Shown here in pieces: positions 1 through 14,200 of a DNA stretch of 64,000 nucleotides. Origin of the DNA: Epiperipatus broadwayi (taxonomy: Eukaryota; Animalia; Onychophora); NCBI GenBank assembly GCA_028023455.1, contig JAQFVV010000005.1:22630001-22694000 (forward strand). The letters are read 5' to 3'. The position numbers were made by a program, and so were the translations under genes. Within the stretch, counting starts at the first letter, position 1; each line of letters opens with the position of its first letter. The notes beneath the pieces are model-generated. The model was given only the letters and a program-made list of their open reading frames with translations. It did not search any database and was not told the DNA's origin.

Positions 1-1400
1 ATTATTCCTTTATTCCTGACACTTTCTTTTTGCATTTGCCTAGTAACAAAAACCATGTCTGTAATGCATCTTGATTCATTAAAACCATATTTTCTGGTAA
101 CCATTCATTTATGACTGAAAGTAATCTATTTCGCAATAATGATATTCGATGATAATTAATGCAATTTTGTCTATTCCCTTTGTTTTTAAAAATTAGAAGA
201 ATAAAAGCATCCTTAAGATCATATGGTACATCATCTTATTTTTTGTATCATTATTCAAAAGATGATCAAAATACTTCTTTCCCTATTCAAAATATCACTG
301 TTATCATCAAAAGAGTTCATTACTGGATTTAATAAGATTGTAATATTGGTTCTTAGATCCATACATTATTTTCAATGCATCAAAAAAAAATCTAAAATGA
401 CCACAATCAGCAGTTTTCTGTAACTTCTTTGCCATTTTAATCTTCTCTTCATTTTAAAGTCTTCTGGTTAATCATTGAATTTCTCTTCTGTTATTTATAT
501 TTATTACTAAGTTCCACATTTAATTGATTATTCTACCCAACAGAAAATTCTGCATATTTCCTTTTAATCAAATCACTAAAATAATATCATTGTCAGAAAA
601 CCAGTCATTATTTTTCCTTTTAGTGAACTCGATAATATGTTTACTTGTATCCATAATACATTCCTTAAGAGAATTCTATGATGCAATAATATGACAGTCC
701 TAATGATCCAAATTAGTAATTTTAGTGCATAACGTGAACTTCTCTTGGATTCTGATTCCTAATTATAATAAATGCCATTGCTTTAAACATGGATTTAGAA
801 TCTATATTTCTTTATAACAGTTTTTTGCTTAAACAAAGTGTTTGTGATAGACAACATCTATTGTTCAAAAATTCACTAATAACAAACCATTTGAATTTTA
901 TAACTCCAACACTATTATTGCCAATAACTTTTAGCCATAGTGTATTATTTGCACCAATTCACGCATTAAAGTCTTCAAAAAGAAAAGTTTGTGATCTTTC
1001 AAGGGTATTGCTGCAATGATACTATCTAATAGGGAATAAAAGATTTCCTTCTCTGAATCTAAGATTGGAGCATAGGCACTAATAAAATGAACACTAGTAC
1101 CATTGTGGACGCAAGTTTAGTACCAGAAATCTTTCATTGATATGAGGAATTCCAACAAAAAAAGATGCTAAATTGGACTTTACAGCAAATCCAACACTGC
1201 ACATTCTCCTTTCACTATCTGACTTTTTCCACACAAAAAAAAATGTATCCTTGTATCTGTTCTTAAAACTTCCTTTCTCTGGTAGTTGAATTGACCCTTA
1301 GCCATCTGTTCATTCCTAGTCTTGAAGAGTTTGTATTAAATAATATTCACTCAGTCCATATATCAGAAAATAAATAATGAAGCAGCTTAATTTGATTGGT
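1..1400 (-). mobile_element. Degenerate RTE-clade LINE remnant (APE and start of RT), continues beyond window start
   Basis: Minus-strand translations LQ-TR, HFISAYAP, NGLLLVNF...ITNTLFKQK and KGNRQNCINYHRISLL, broken by stops and frameshifts. Confidence 0.75.
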
Positions 1401-1707
1401 TAACTATCTTTGGAGAATAATCTCAATATATAAAGGATAGTTAACAAGAGAGAGAGAGAGAGAAAGACTAGTTGTTTGTGAAAATAATAACTGCCAAGAA
1501 ACTCCACAACATAGAATGAGGGTAACTGGAGAGATTTCCCCCCAAAAATGTAAAATCAGATCCACAAATTGAAGACATGTTAGTCCTATCTTCATTATCA
1601 TTTTTATACACTTTCAGATATATCTAATAAATATAAATATATATAGTTTAGTTTTAGTATTAACTAATTTGTTGGCATTGTGTCAATAACTAAATGATCA
1701 ATTGTAG

Positions 1708-1725
1708 CTGATGTAGTAAAGAATT
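1708..1725 (+). CDS. Candidate 18-bp phase 1-1 micro-exon (xDVVKN)
   Basis: tgtag|ctgatgtagtaaagaatt|gtaagt; same phase symmetry as the other exons and a perfect donor, but weak polypyrimidine tract. Confidence 0.3.
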
Positions 1726-2093
1726 GTAAGTAAATTGTTTTAAAACCCCAATGTGTCTGTGTGCAGCTTTGGGGTTTATAGTTAAGGTTCAAAATAAAAT
1801 AATTATTATGTGTTTGATCTGCAGGATAATTGGCCAATCACTTATTAGATAACTCTTGCAGTGCAGGCACAACAATTTCCATGATCCATCTATAATTTGA
1901 ATCCCAGATTATGGGCATAGATAGATGGATAGTCAAGCTGTGATACCCAAAACCAATGTTTTACAAAGAAGTAATTAAATAAAATCATGGATGAGAAAGG
2001 AAAACAAAGATTTAGATGGTCATGTGTTAATGAAAAATGAATTTTGTAATAATTGTTATTCAATTAATTGTATTTATTTATATATATATTTAG

Positions 2094-2213
2094 TTTCAGT
2101 TGACTGCAATACTAAAATCTGCGAAAGTAATTCAAAATGTGAAATGATTGAAGGCAAGCCAGTCTGCATATGTAAAAGTGGTCTTGTTTATGATGATTCA
2201 GAAAAAGTCTGCA
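2094..2213 (+). CDS. Exon A, EGF-like domain (VSVDCNTKICESNSKCEMIEGKPVCICKSGLVYDDSEKVC)
   Basis: tttag| acceptor (alternative in-frame cag 6 nt downstream), |gtaagt donor, 120 bp, six Cys in EGF spacing. Confidence 0.9.
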
Positions 2214-5200
2214 GTAAGTATATAATTACTGTAATATTGACTAAGATTACATATAAGTTTATATGTTTTAATTTACATAAGTTTGCAAAGTGAAAATAAT
2301 TATTATTTATTACTTTCCAGATTTAATTTATTTTTTCATATCTATTTTATTCAATTATTTTGTCAAACTATAAAAATAATCAAATGTAATAGTTTTTTCT
2401 AAAAAAAAAATCACTCACAGTTGTCGCCTATCACTGCACCTATTGCTATTTCATCCAAACTCTTAAGTAGATATCTAAGATTATATATAAGAGTAAAATC
2501 TGTTATTAAACAGGCAAAACTCTCCATACAGTATTGCCACTCAGTGCAAGCCAGAGTAATCAATGGATGCCAGAAGGCTTGTGCATAAAACCCCCATCTA
2601 GTGCCTAAACAACAGTTATAAGCAAGCATAAGAAATGATGATCATGTGATGTTTATTGGCAAAATCTGCTCAATAGCATGTCAAAATATTCAAATATTTG
2701 TCAGAAAAACTCAAATAGTTAGAGCATCACCCCAATCTAAAAGCTTCCGGGCTAGATTGCTATATTAATACTCTCACTGGTCAGGCCAACAACATCTGAA
2801 GAAGAGAGGAGAATAATGCCACTCATTTTTGAGAGCTGAATGTATTTGAAAAGTTTAAATAAAGTCTGAATTTCTCTAAAGACATTTAATAATTAATTCT
2901 AGATAATAGAAATGTTTCAATATATACTGACCTTAACAATTCAATTTAATTTTAAAAATACAACTATTTAACTGATCAAAACAATTCCATCAACAGACGC
3001 GACACATGCTTCGATATTTCCAACCGCTGGGCTACGTAAATAATTTGCATATAGTTTGCATATCATCACTATAGCTATGAATATGAGGCAACACGCCTCG
3101 AAAGCGTTTAGCCGTTAACTTTTGTATAGACTTATAAGAATAATTATTACATTTTCATTTACCATTGTCAAACTCCTCCACTCACAACTTTAACGCCATT
3201 CATTTTAGATACATACACTAATGATTATTACTAATCATTTTCGAAACTAGAGATTATCTCTAGCGCAGATATAAACTTTAAACCTCAGTTAAAGATTAAT
3301 ATTACGCATACGGAATTATTCACCCCCGTAAGATAGCTGCTGTTTCCAGCGCCTCACACGCTTCTAATTTATAATAGTAATAATAATATGGAAAAGGCAG
3401 TACATAATAAATCTAGATAAAGAGTGTTATCACCTGACTGTTTGAGTATAAAAGATGACCAAAACTTACGGAGGAGAGGTTTATAATGATGCTTATGGTA
3501 TATAAGTGAAATTTAGGAATATGAATCAACAAATTTCTTATTTATTTATTTTTTTCAAACCGTGACTGAAATCGTATGTGTTGAATTTGGATATAGTGGT
3601 GGGAGGTGGGAGTATTATATTTACTCATGGAAAATATATCATTGATTAAAATACTGTGATCTTATTAATCCATTAAAATGATGATAGAAAAATTAAAAAG
3701 TTTATGTTAATGTATTAAGTTGATTAAAAATTTAAAAAAAACAGGTTATTAAAAGTATTCTTTTTTTTTTTTAAAAAAAGAAAAAGAAAACATTTTTTTC
3801 TAAAGCACTCATACTTGAAAGAATTTTTTTGCTAATATTATTTTGTTCTACAAGTTGTTAAACCACTTAACTAAAACTGGTTATTGAAATGATATGTTAT
3901 AAGTTAATTATTAACATGGATAATTAGTTTGATTATTTAAAAAAAATAAAAAAATATTTGGAAATTTACATATAATATAAATAAAAAAATAAATAATCAA
4001 GCGTTGGTGGTCGAGTGGTCAGCACAGCTGCCTTACAAGCAGTTGTCTCGGGTTTGCAGGTTCACTTCCCGGCCAATGCTTTGACACATGATAAATAAAT
4101 ATCTTAATTTTTTGAGTCTAAAGTTTATATTTGGATTAGGAATGGTATGATAATCTCTAATCTAAAGAATGATTTTTAATTATTAATGTATTTATCTAAA
4201 GTAAACAGTAGTCAAGATTGTGAGTGCAGTAAATTTGACACTTGTAAATTAAATTATAATCAGAAATGATTATTATGTGAACATGTAATACATCGCTGTG
4301 TTAGAATTTAACACATAATTACGTAAATTATCACCTTTTTACACTTAGTTTTTACTGTTTTCTTTTAATATATACTGCCAACTGATTATCTACAATCGTC
4401 TTCGGATTTCTATTTCTTAACATTTGAATTAAATGTGATATTAATAGAGAGTACAATTCAAATAATCACATTAATAGTAGATTGGCCTGTGGTTGTCAAA
4501 CAACAGCATAATTCTCAATTCAGAAACTTTTTGTTCTCAAATTCATTTCTTCACTACTTTTCTAAACAGTATAAGATTTTACTAATACAGAGCAACATAA
4601 TTAGCATTAGAAACAAATGTGCACACATACAGGATCCTTTTTCCAAACTGTCTCAACACGATTTTTGAATCGATGTATCTGTTATATAGTAACATCATTT
4701 TGCTGCTATTCACCATAAAAATTTTAAAGTGGTAACCTTGTCTGGATCACTAATTACGACATGAAATGTGGCATCTTTATATATCATTTTCAATGCTTTT
4801 CTTGTCATCATGAAATCTTGCAAACCACTTGAAACCATTCTTGCAACTTCTGTTTTCACTGATATACACAATTTAAATCATTTAAAAGTGTTTCAGTAGC
4901 AGTTTTGCCAATTTAAAACAAAATTTAATGTTGATGCATTGTTACATTGTGGATTAAGATACAAAACACACTATCATATTTCATATCTTAACTTGTGATT
5001 CAGATATGCTAAGGCTAGGGTGACCAGACTAGTTTGATCAAAAATCGGGACATAACAACCAATTATTTTTATGGCATTACACCCTTTCTTTTATAAAATT
5101 ACATTCCTGTGTATATCCATCATTGTAAGAACTCTTCCTCTTTGGAATGTTGTCTATTGTTTAGGGTTATTAATATTCCTATTAATTTTATCACTATAGA

Positions 5201-8200
5201 AAATTAATATTAACAAAGATACACTGTCAATCAAAGCAGGCGCAAATCTAGTTCAAATTTTAGCCTACAAAAATCCAACTACACATGCTGCTTGGCGATG
5301 TTGGATGCGAGAATATGTCTAGCTTGAAAATACAGCCATATAACCCAATAGTGATCTTTGTTTTGGTATTGGGATTTGTCTGAAGTTTTTATAATATTAC
5401 AGTAGAGGTTAAAATGGACACAGATGGCCAAGAAACTATCATTTTTGCAATGAATTATTTATGTAAGGCAAATAATATTTATGAGTATTTGAAAATTGGG
5501 ATATACAATAGTCAGAAAAACATTTTGGGGACACTAGAACATCTAATCAAAAATAGGGACAAATCCCCCAAAAAATCGGGATGTCTGGTCATCATAGCTA
5601 AGGCTCTAAAATTTTTGTGGACAATAGCTAATCTATGTCCCTGTGTGCCACAAACATTAATTCAGAGATCGTACTTCAGGCAATTTGGAAAGAGAGCCAG
5701 TCACCTAATGTGTTTATACTTACACATCTATATATATCCATGTTTTACATTTCCATATTACTTGATTTTGAGACAGTTAACTAATTGCATTCAGTCTTAT
5801 TCAAATTGTATATAGATTGTTAATGATATATAAATGTTAAAGTATTTAAATTCAGGTTAAAAAGTATTTTTGCAAACATGACACTGCTATTCTCTTTACT
5901 GAATATTCCATTAATCTGCAAGACTAAATAGGCAGTTTTCAACCTTCGTTAAAATAATGACCAAATAGCTAGAAACTCATCTGAGGAATCTGATGTGATG
6001 GTGCTACCTATTTGATGTTCTTGAATAATATAGTTGTCTTGCTTGATTTGATGGAATGATAAGTGGCAAAGCATGAAGTATAAGGTCCATGGATTGTATC
6101 CCATTTTTTTACACATCTGATATTCGAACCTATTATGAACTATAAACTATTTGATCTCTATTAATATTTATTCATATAATTTTTAATGTATTTGATATAA
6201 AAAAAATGCAGACGACACATTAGCATGGATCCATGAGTCACATGCAATTCTTTATGGCTTTTAATATGGTGCATTCAGCGTTAAGAATGCTCTGTGTAAT
6301 TTAATGCAATAGTAGCATAATGAATTCTAAGGACCTAAGTCTGTGGATTATGGCTGGTTTGTTACTTTTAATGCTCGAACTTTTTTTGAACTCTTAAGCA
6401 ATAAATCATTTGCCTATTTAATATTAAGAACATTTTAAACTTTCCCTTTATAAGATATAAATTAAAACCCATTTATTATAATAAATATATTTGATTATAA
6501 TCAATATGGATACAGAAAGGAGGTTGCTGTTAACTGAAAAGAAACCCTTTGATTTTTCTTGGAAGCCTTAAAGGAACTGAGCAGGGCAAATTCCTAATGT
6601 TCATTCCATATGTTCTTGTCATTGCAGCTGTATTGCTATGTGATTATTCATTTAGTATACAAACATGGATGGATTGCTCACCAACACGCATTAGCCAGTG
6701 TGATGAGTTTATTGGCTTTTTATCTGAGTTTAAGATTAAGAAATAACATAGTCTTTCTTCTTGGATGTCTGATAAAGCAGAATGAATGTGATATGTGAAT
6801 GAAATATTTTTTTCTAATAGATATACACAGTCATGACAGACAAAAATAAATCATGGCCCTTATTTCCAGGAGGCTGTAAAGTCACCAACCAAGGCAGCGG
6901 TTGGTGGCCAAAGGTGGACAGTGCTAAGAATCCCCTAATTGCAGACCCAGACTGCCATTTGATGACAACTTTTTATTTAGATATTTAAAACTCCAGATCA
7001 CTTTCAAGTGAGGGAAGATTCAAGAATTGGAAGAAGAACTATCTCATATGAAATTGGTCATTATTGGACTTTATGAAGTTAGAAGAAAAGATGAAGAGAA
7101 AATTGATTTAAAATTGTGGACATGTACTCTACTTCAAAGGCATAAATATTGGAAGCACAAGTGGAAGAGGATTCATTATAAATAAAAACTGGAAGAACAA
7201 CATTGTGAAAATTGATGGGTGTATCAGACAGAGTGGCAAGATTAGTTATTCAACTTAATAGCAGTTACCAAATGCAGATAATTCAATTTATGCCCAACAA
7301 GTTCTCATAGTGAAGAAGTAGTAGAAGATTTTTATATGGATGAACAAAAGGCTTTTGATCAGACTAAACAACATTTTAAAATTGTTATGGGAGACTTGAA
7401 TGCTAGAATTGGTAAACAAATGAAAGATGAAATTGCTGTAGGTAATTTTGGTTATGGTAATAGAAATGAGAGAGGACATAGACTTGTGGAGTTTGAAGAA
7501 AAAGAAAAATATTATGTTATGAATTCTTTTTTTGAGAAAAATGTTAAAAGGAAATGGACATGGAAGCATCCAAATGAAGGTACAATAGAATTGGATTATA
7601 TTTTGAAGCATCCAAATGAAGGTACAGCAGAATTGGATTATATTTTGACTAACAGGAAATACATATTTCAAGATTGTAATGTTCTTAATAAATTCAACAC
7701 AGGAAGTGATAATCGATTAGTAAGATGTAAGATACGTGTTAATGCAAAACTAGAGACAAAAATTATTAAGAAAAACAACATTTACAGCTGATATTCCTAA
7801 TCTTCAGAAACATTCTAGTGAATTTAAATTAGAACTTACAAATAATTTTCAAGTATTAGTAGATTTTGAATATGATTCAAATTTGAATGAAATTAATAGG
7901 AAAATAACTGATACACTTTTAAAAACTGAAACAAAGATAGCTGGAAGAAAGAAGCAGCAATTGACCAATAAAATTTCTACTGAGATTAGATAATTTATGA
8001 AGAAAAGAAGGAATATGAAGATATATAAAAATGATGCATTAAGAAGAAGTGAATATCTCGAATTTTGTAAAATGGTCTGAAAAAGAATTGATAATGATAT
8101 AAGAAAGTATAATTGTGAATTACCAAAAAAATCTGTAGAAGAGAATAAAAATCAGAAGAATGTAAAACAATATTTTGGTATTGGTAGGAAACTTATATCT

Positions 8201-11200
8201 GCAATAAAGAATTATATAGTAATAAGGAAGAAATACGTCCTACATCTATTATATCTTCTGAATTGCCCAGGATTTTAAATAAAGAAGTGAGACATGCAAT
8301 CAAGTGTATGAAGAAAAGAAAAGCTTCAGATAATGATGGAATTATAATTGATGTATTAAAAGAGCAGATGAAGAAAATACCAGATGTCTAAATGATACCA
8401 GATGATTGGAATAATGCAGTTTTAATATGAATATTTTAAAAAAGTGATAAAGAAGATTTTAGAAATTACAGGACCTATCAGTCTTTTATCAGTTTTATAC
8501 AAAATTTTTATCAAGATAATTAGAACTCGCCTACAGTAAGTATTGTATTTCAACCAACCAAATGAACAAGCTGTATTTAAAAGTAGTTTTAGTACAGTAG
8601 ATCATATCCAAGTATTGAGAGAAATTATAGAAAGGATAAATGAATATGAGTTGCCATTATGCTTTGGATTTGTAGATTATGAAAAGGCATTTGATTTTAT
8701 AAGCCTTTCTTTATAGATTGAAGTATTGGATCATCAAGTATAGATCCATGATATTGTCATATTTTAAAGAATATTTATAAAAATGCAACAGCAACAATTA
8801 GATTATGTACTGATACTATGAAGGTTAACATTGAGAAGAGTGTAAGACAGGGTGACTCCATATCTCCAATACTTTTTACAGCAGTGCTGCAAGAAGTATT
8901 TTGTGGATTAAAATGGGAAGCTAAAGGAGTAAAAGTAAATAGAGAATATTTAAGTCATTTGGATTTTGCAGATGATATAGTTTTTTTTTTTTTTTTTTTT
9001 TTTGCAAATAATACTTCAGAGCTTCAGGAAATGTTGCAAGAGTTATCAGATGAAAATAAGAAAGTAGGACTTAAGATAAATGTTAAAAAGACTAAAGTAA
9101 TGTTCAATGGATTTTCTCAAAAAATGAAAATAAAAATTGATTATGATGCATTAGAAGAAGTTAGCAACTACAAATACCTTGGTCAGATTATTAATACAGA
9201 TGGAAACATAGTGGATGAAATTAATCATAGAATTAAACTTGATTGGAGTGCTTTTGTTAGAAATAACTTAAATTTTAAAAGGAAACATGCCCATGTGTTT
9301 GAAAAGGAAGGTTTTTAATAAATGTGTTTTACCAGTTCTTACTTATGGATTTGTGACTTGGATACTTAATAAAAGAGCAATACAAAGACTTCAGACCACT
9401 CAAAGAAGTATGGAGAGATGCATGTTGAGAGTAGCAAGAAGAGATCGAAAACGCAATGTATGGGTAAGAGAATAAGCAGGTGTTACTGATCTCATTGAAA
9501 AAATTAAAAGACTGAAGTAGAGTTGGGTTAGACATATTTCTAGAAGAGATGATGATAACTGGACAATTGAAATCTTAAACTGTATTCCAGGAGATTGTAA
9601 AAGACCCAGAAAAAACCACATGTGAGATGGATAAATGAAATAATAACTGTGCAGGGCTAATGTGAAGAAGAAAGGCTAGAGATTGGACAAGATGGATTAA
9701 ACTTAGAGTGACTTTCATCCTCAATGGATTGATAATGTTTGGGAGTAATGAATGATGAATCAATATGCATGTAAATAATAAACCATTTTATTTAAGCATT
9801 TATTTCCGTGTTATTTTTTGTTCTTGCATTTACAGTTTTGATTGTACTTTTCTTCAGAGCCTTATTTTTTTATCTTTTAGATTATCCAATATTTTTTTTT
9901 CAACAAGGGAAATAAGCTTTGGAGAAGTTTATTATATAGTTATAACTATAAACCTAAAAATAAAGTGTTATTTGAGAAATAAGTAGTCAAGGGTTTTAAG
10001 AAGATATTGATTATAATATAACCAATGCAAAAGAAAAGAGACAAAAAAAGTGAATCATTTTTATAATTAATATTCATAAGTTTGCATGTCTATGTTTATG
10101 TGTATAGATAAACATATTTTTCGATCTATGTTCAGTGTTTTTTTATGATATTGTTCATTTTGTATTAAAAGTTTAAACTATTTATGTTTGAGTGCAAATA
10201 TTGAGAAATCTAAAATAAAATTACACATGTTATAGTATGTAAAAGGAGATGAGATTAGTATAAGAAAAGAAGGCTAATACTTTACGTGTTTTAAAATTTT
10301 ATGGCCCATTGTATAATGAGCAAGATATCAAAGTTATAAGAAATAAATACAAGAAAATTATATTAGACATATAATTAAAATTTATATTAATCTACATTTT
10401 ATTAAAATATTTTCTATTTTTTTAGTTAATATATTTATTTATAATTTAGTTTCTGCTAGTTGTCGCATGATAAAGTGTGGCAGAAGTGAAGAATGTATTG
10501 AAAAAGATGGCCGAGCTTTATGTATACCAATATGTGATAAAAATCAAATAGTGAATTCCGAAGGCAAATGTGAAACAGGTATTATAATTTATATTTCTTT
10601 ATAGATAAAGTGACAATGTTTACATCTATGCAATTTTTATATATAATACAATATATTATAAATAAATAATATAAAAATGTACTGTAGGAAAAAAAACTAA
10701 AGTTTAAATAATAGTTTAATAAAACAGCTGAGTTGGTTTTGTAAACAGAACATTTTTCAAATTTGAATCAACCAGTCATGATCTCATTTTGTTTTTGTTA
10801 ATTCTGTGGTGAAAATAATTTTCATAAAAAACAAAATTGCAAGATTTTGAACAAATAAATTTGAACAGTCACAAAATGAAGGTTAAAAACTATTACAGCC
10901 TCACTCTCAATTAGGAAAGTGACACTTATGTACTTACAGAATAAATTCTGGAAAAAAAAGTCCTTTTTTTTTTTGTTTCACTCATTAAATTTAAATTTTT
11001 TTTATAAATTTTTTCTAAGTACTAGCAAAAATTCCTTTTTAATTATAATATTAGTTTATAAAAACTGGACTTAATTTTCATTGCCAAAGATGTGATGTCC
11101 AAATTTAACTCCACGATGTGCTTGATTTGACACATGGGCCATATCTGATCAAATAGATTAACTGAACAAAAGATTACAAATTCAAATTTTGAAGAAGTTG

Positions 11201-14200
11201 ATTTTATATGAACATCCTAGAATTACAATACTAAAAAAAAATTAAAGGATATAATCAACCAAATGCATTACTAGATTTTTCATTATTCCTTTTTTTTATA
11301 TATTTCAGTATCAAAAGACACCTATATGATGATTAAAACAGTAGTGATGTGATATGATGTGATGCAAAATGTTTTTGCACAATAGCGCCACCTACTGTAA
11401 ACTCTAGTATACTGCTCCCAGATCTAAGGCTATTCACTGATGAAAGCCATAAGCCAGAAACTAGTCTGAGTACACTGGATGAGTAGGCACTAGATAGAGA
11501 TTTCATGTACAAACCTTCTTGCATTCACTGATTACTAAGTCTTACACTGGGTGGCTAATAGGTTTCTCTGGGCATAATTGTTGAGAGATTCCTGACTCCA
11601 TGAAAGGAGAAGTCACAGTGCATCACATTACATTACTGTTTTAACAGCTTGTGTAAGCATTAAAAAATTATGCTTTATGTGATGTTTTAGTGGGTAATCA
11701 TTGATGGTATATTAGATGGTTGCTGTCAATATACTCATTAGCAAATTAATCTAATGCGTGGATCATGAGGATCTAAAAACAGTTTTTCTTTTACAAAGGT
11801 ACTTCTGGGCTCAGTTTTTGGATAAAACAACTCTACAGGTTTTCAACATGTTAAAGAAAAACATTTGGAGTTATCTATATAATGTTAACCATGTTGTCTT
11901 ATTTACATATTTTTTATTTATGGAAATCTCATGGAGTCTTTGACTATAATTATCTTTTTTTGGGGGGGAGTTCTATCTTCAGTAGATATTTGCATCCAAG
12001 AAAGTGTAATGAGATCATATGATAAATACATAACTTGGATAATGTTATTTAATTTTTGTTTTTCAGCATGGTAAAAAAAAAAATTAGGATTTATTGACAC
12101 TTATTTGAATCTGTTAAAATTTAAAATGTATCGCATTAATAAATGTGAATTTCATAAATTCTACTCTTTTTTTCTTCAAATATATATATTAATGGTAAGA
12201 TTTATAAAAAATGGAATTGATTAAAACAAATTATATTTGACATTTTTTAACTTTCAACCGTATTTTTTATGAATGACATAACAAAATGCAAAGAAAATAT
12301 ACGTAGAGTTTCTATCTCTTGAGATTAAACTAATCCATTACTTTTAGTTTTTTCTTGTATACTTTTTCTCTTTAATTTACTAATTTATTCTATAGTTGTT
12401 TACTTGTTGCTATGTATTAGTATTGCGTTATTATAATATATCAGCAAGTAATAGAAAGTTAAATACTTTAATGTACATGTCTAAAGATAAGAAAAGAGAT
12501 AAGCATTTCCAGTTTTATCCCGCCCCCTCCTCTGCGCGGGAAACGCACGAACCTCAGAGAAATAGCAGTTTGGAACACGGACCCGAAGCAAGACAAGGCT
12601 ATCCCAGACTCCTGTGCATGAATGAGAAGAGCAGTATTTAAGGCCCAGTGAGAACCAAGAAAATTGTCACGAGATAGCAGTGTAACCAGAAGACAGCATG
12701 CCGGCTGAAATCAGAACTCGTGATCCAGTGAACTCCGCCACTGAAGGTGCCAAAGGAGGGATCTAGGCAACTTTAAAGGCCAACTTGGTCTATATTATTA
12801 TTTATTAGTAAGCCTAATGGCACAGATAAAAGTACGGTAAAATTACTTATGTAAAATTTTGTATACTTTTGATTACCATAATTCGTTGTAACTAATTATA
12901 CTCTGTAACCTTTTCCAAATTGTTATTAAATAGTTTAACCTGACTGTCACTCTGAGGTTCGTGCGTTTCCCACGCAGAGGAGGGGGCGGGATAAAACTGG
13001 AAATGCTTATCTCTTTTCTTATCTTTAGACATGTACATTAAAGTATTTAACTTTCTATTACTTGCTGATATATTATAATAACGCAATACTAATACATAGC
13101 ACTTGTAAAAGATTAAGTTTATTCTTGAAATCTATGAATATTAATATCTTTGTTACTCACTAATCAATTTCTTCTATATGTTCTTCAAAAGTAAGTAAAA
13201 TATCAGTTCTTCAATACGATTCTCAGAAAGGTTCTTTCATTTGTTCTTCCATGCATGTGTAAAGTATCATATGAATTAAATATAGCACAGAAATCTCAAG
13301 ATCATGAGGCTAGATTCTTATTGTCTCATATCCAGAGAGTGCATATATAAGATAAACATCGATGCGTTCTCACTTCTGTTCAGTTTCTATAATTTGATGA
13401 ACGGCAGTCAGGCAAGTGGTTTACTTCATACATATTGGGTATGAAATATCAATGAAGCCAACTCACTATTTCTCTGCAACTTCAAACTTGACCAATGAGG
13501 AGACCAGCAATTGCCTTTTTTTGAAGCTGACTTTCTATGCTCTCTGCCATCTAATATTCTTTCTAAAAACTATCAATTAATCTGAACCCACTATTTATAG
13601 TATGTATCAAGAAATTTGAAACAAGAAGATTTTTAAGTTTTCCATCCTTATTAATGAAAACCTAGATAATTATCATTGTTCTGGGTTTTTTTAAAATTTA
13701 TACTAATCCTTTAAATGAGTTATTTATTTTTATATAGCGCGATGATTATGAATTGTAATAAACTAATGATCAGCTTTTCAAGCTAATGCACATGCGCTTT
13801 ATGAATCCTAATAATAAATGAATACTTCTCACTTCCAACACAAGATAAAGTCTTTGTGAATGAATAGAATGAATCCACCTATTCTTTCAACCCAAACGCT
13901 TAAGTATGGGCAAATCTTAAGTACTGGAAATGAGAGCGTGAAGATATTAACCAATCACTTTAAATTACTTTTACTATGTCTGAATGAATGACGCCTGTGA
14001 AATTTACTAGAATTTACGATATGTCATTCTTAAATGAAATTAAACATATGTAAATGAGATATTTATTTTATATAGTGTGATGTTTATGAATTGTAATAAA
14101 CTAATGATCAGCTTTTCAAGCTAATGCACATGTGCTTTGTGAATCCTAATAATAAATGAATACTTCTCACTTCCAACACAAGATAAAGTCTTTGTGAATG

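Noticed and set aside
4001-4079. Functional tRNA (anticodon loop reads TAC)
   Set aside because: B box is degenerate, the variable region is abnormal, and the anticodon differs among copies; the other copies have poly(A) and TSDs, which indicates a SINE.
5414-5815. 133-aa ORF
   Set aside because: It runs across the hAT MITE end into the flank; no transposase motifs.
12396-13086. Mirror ORFs 12396-12641 (+) and 12892-13086 (-)
   Set aside because: They result from the 152-bp inverted repeats; no coding signature.
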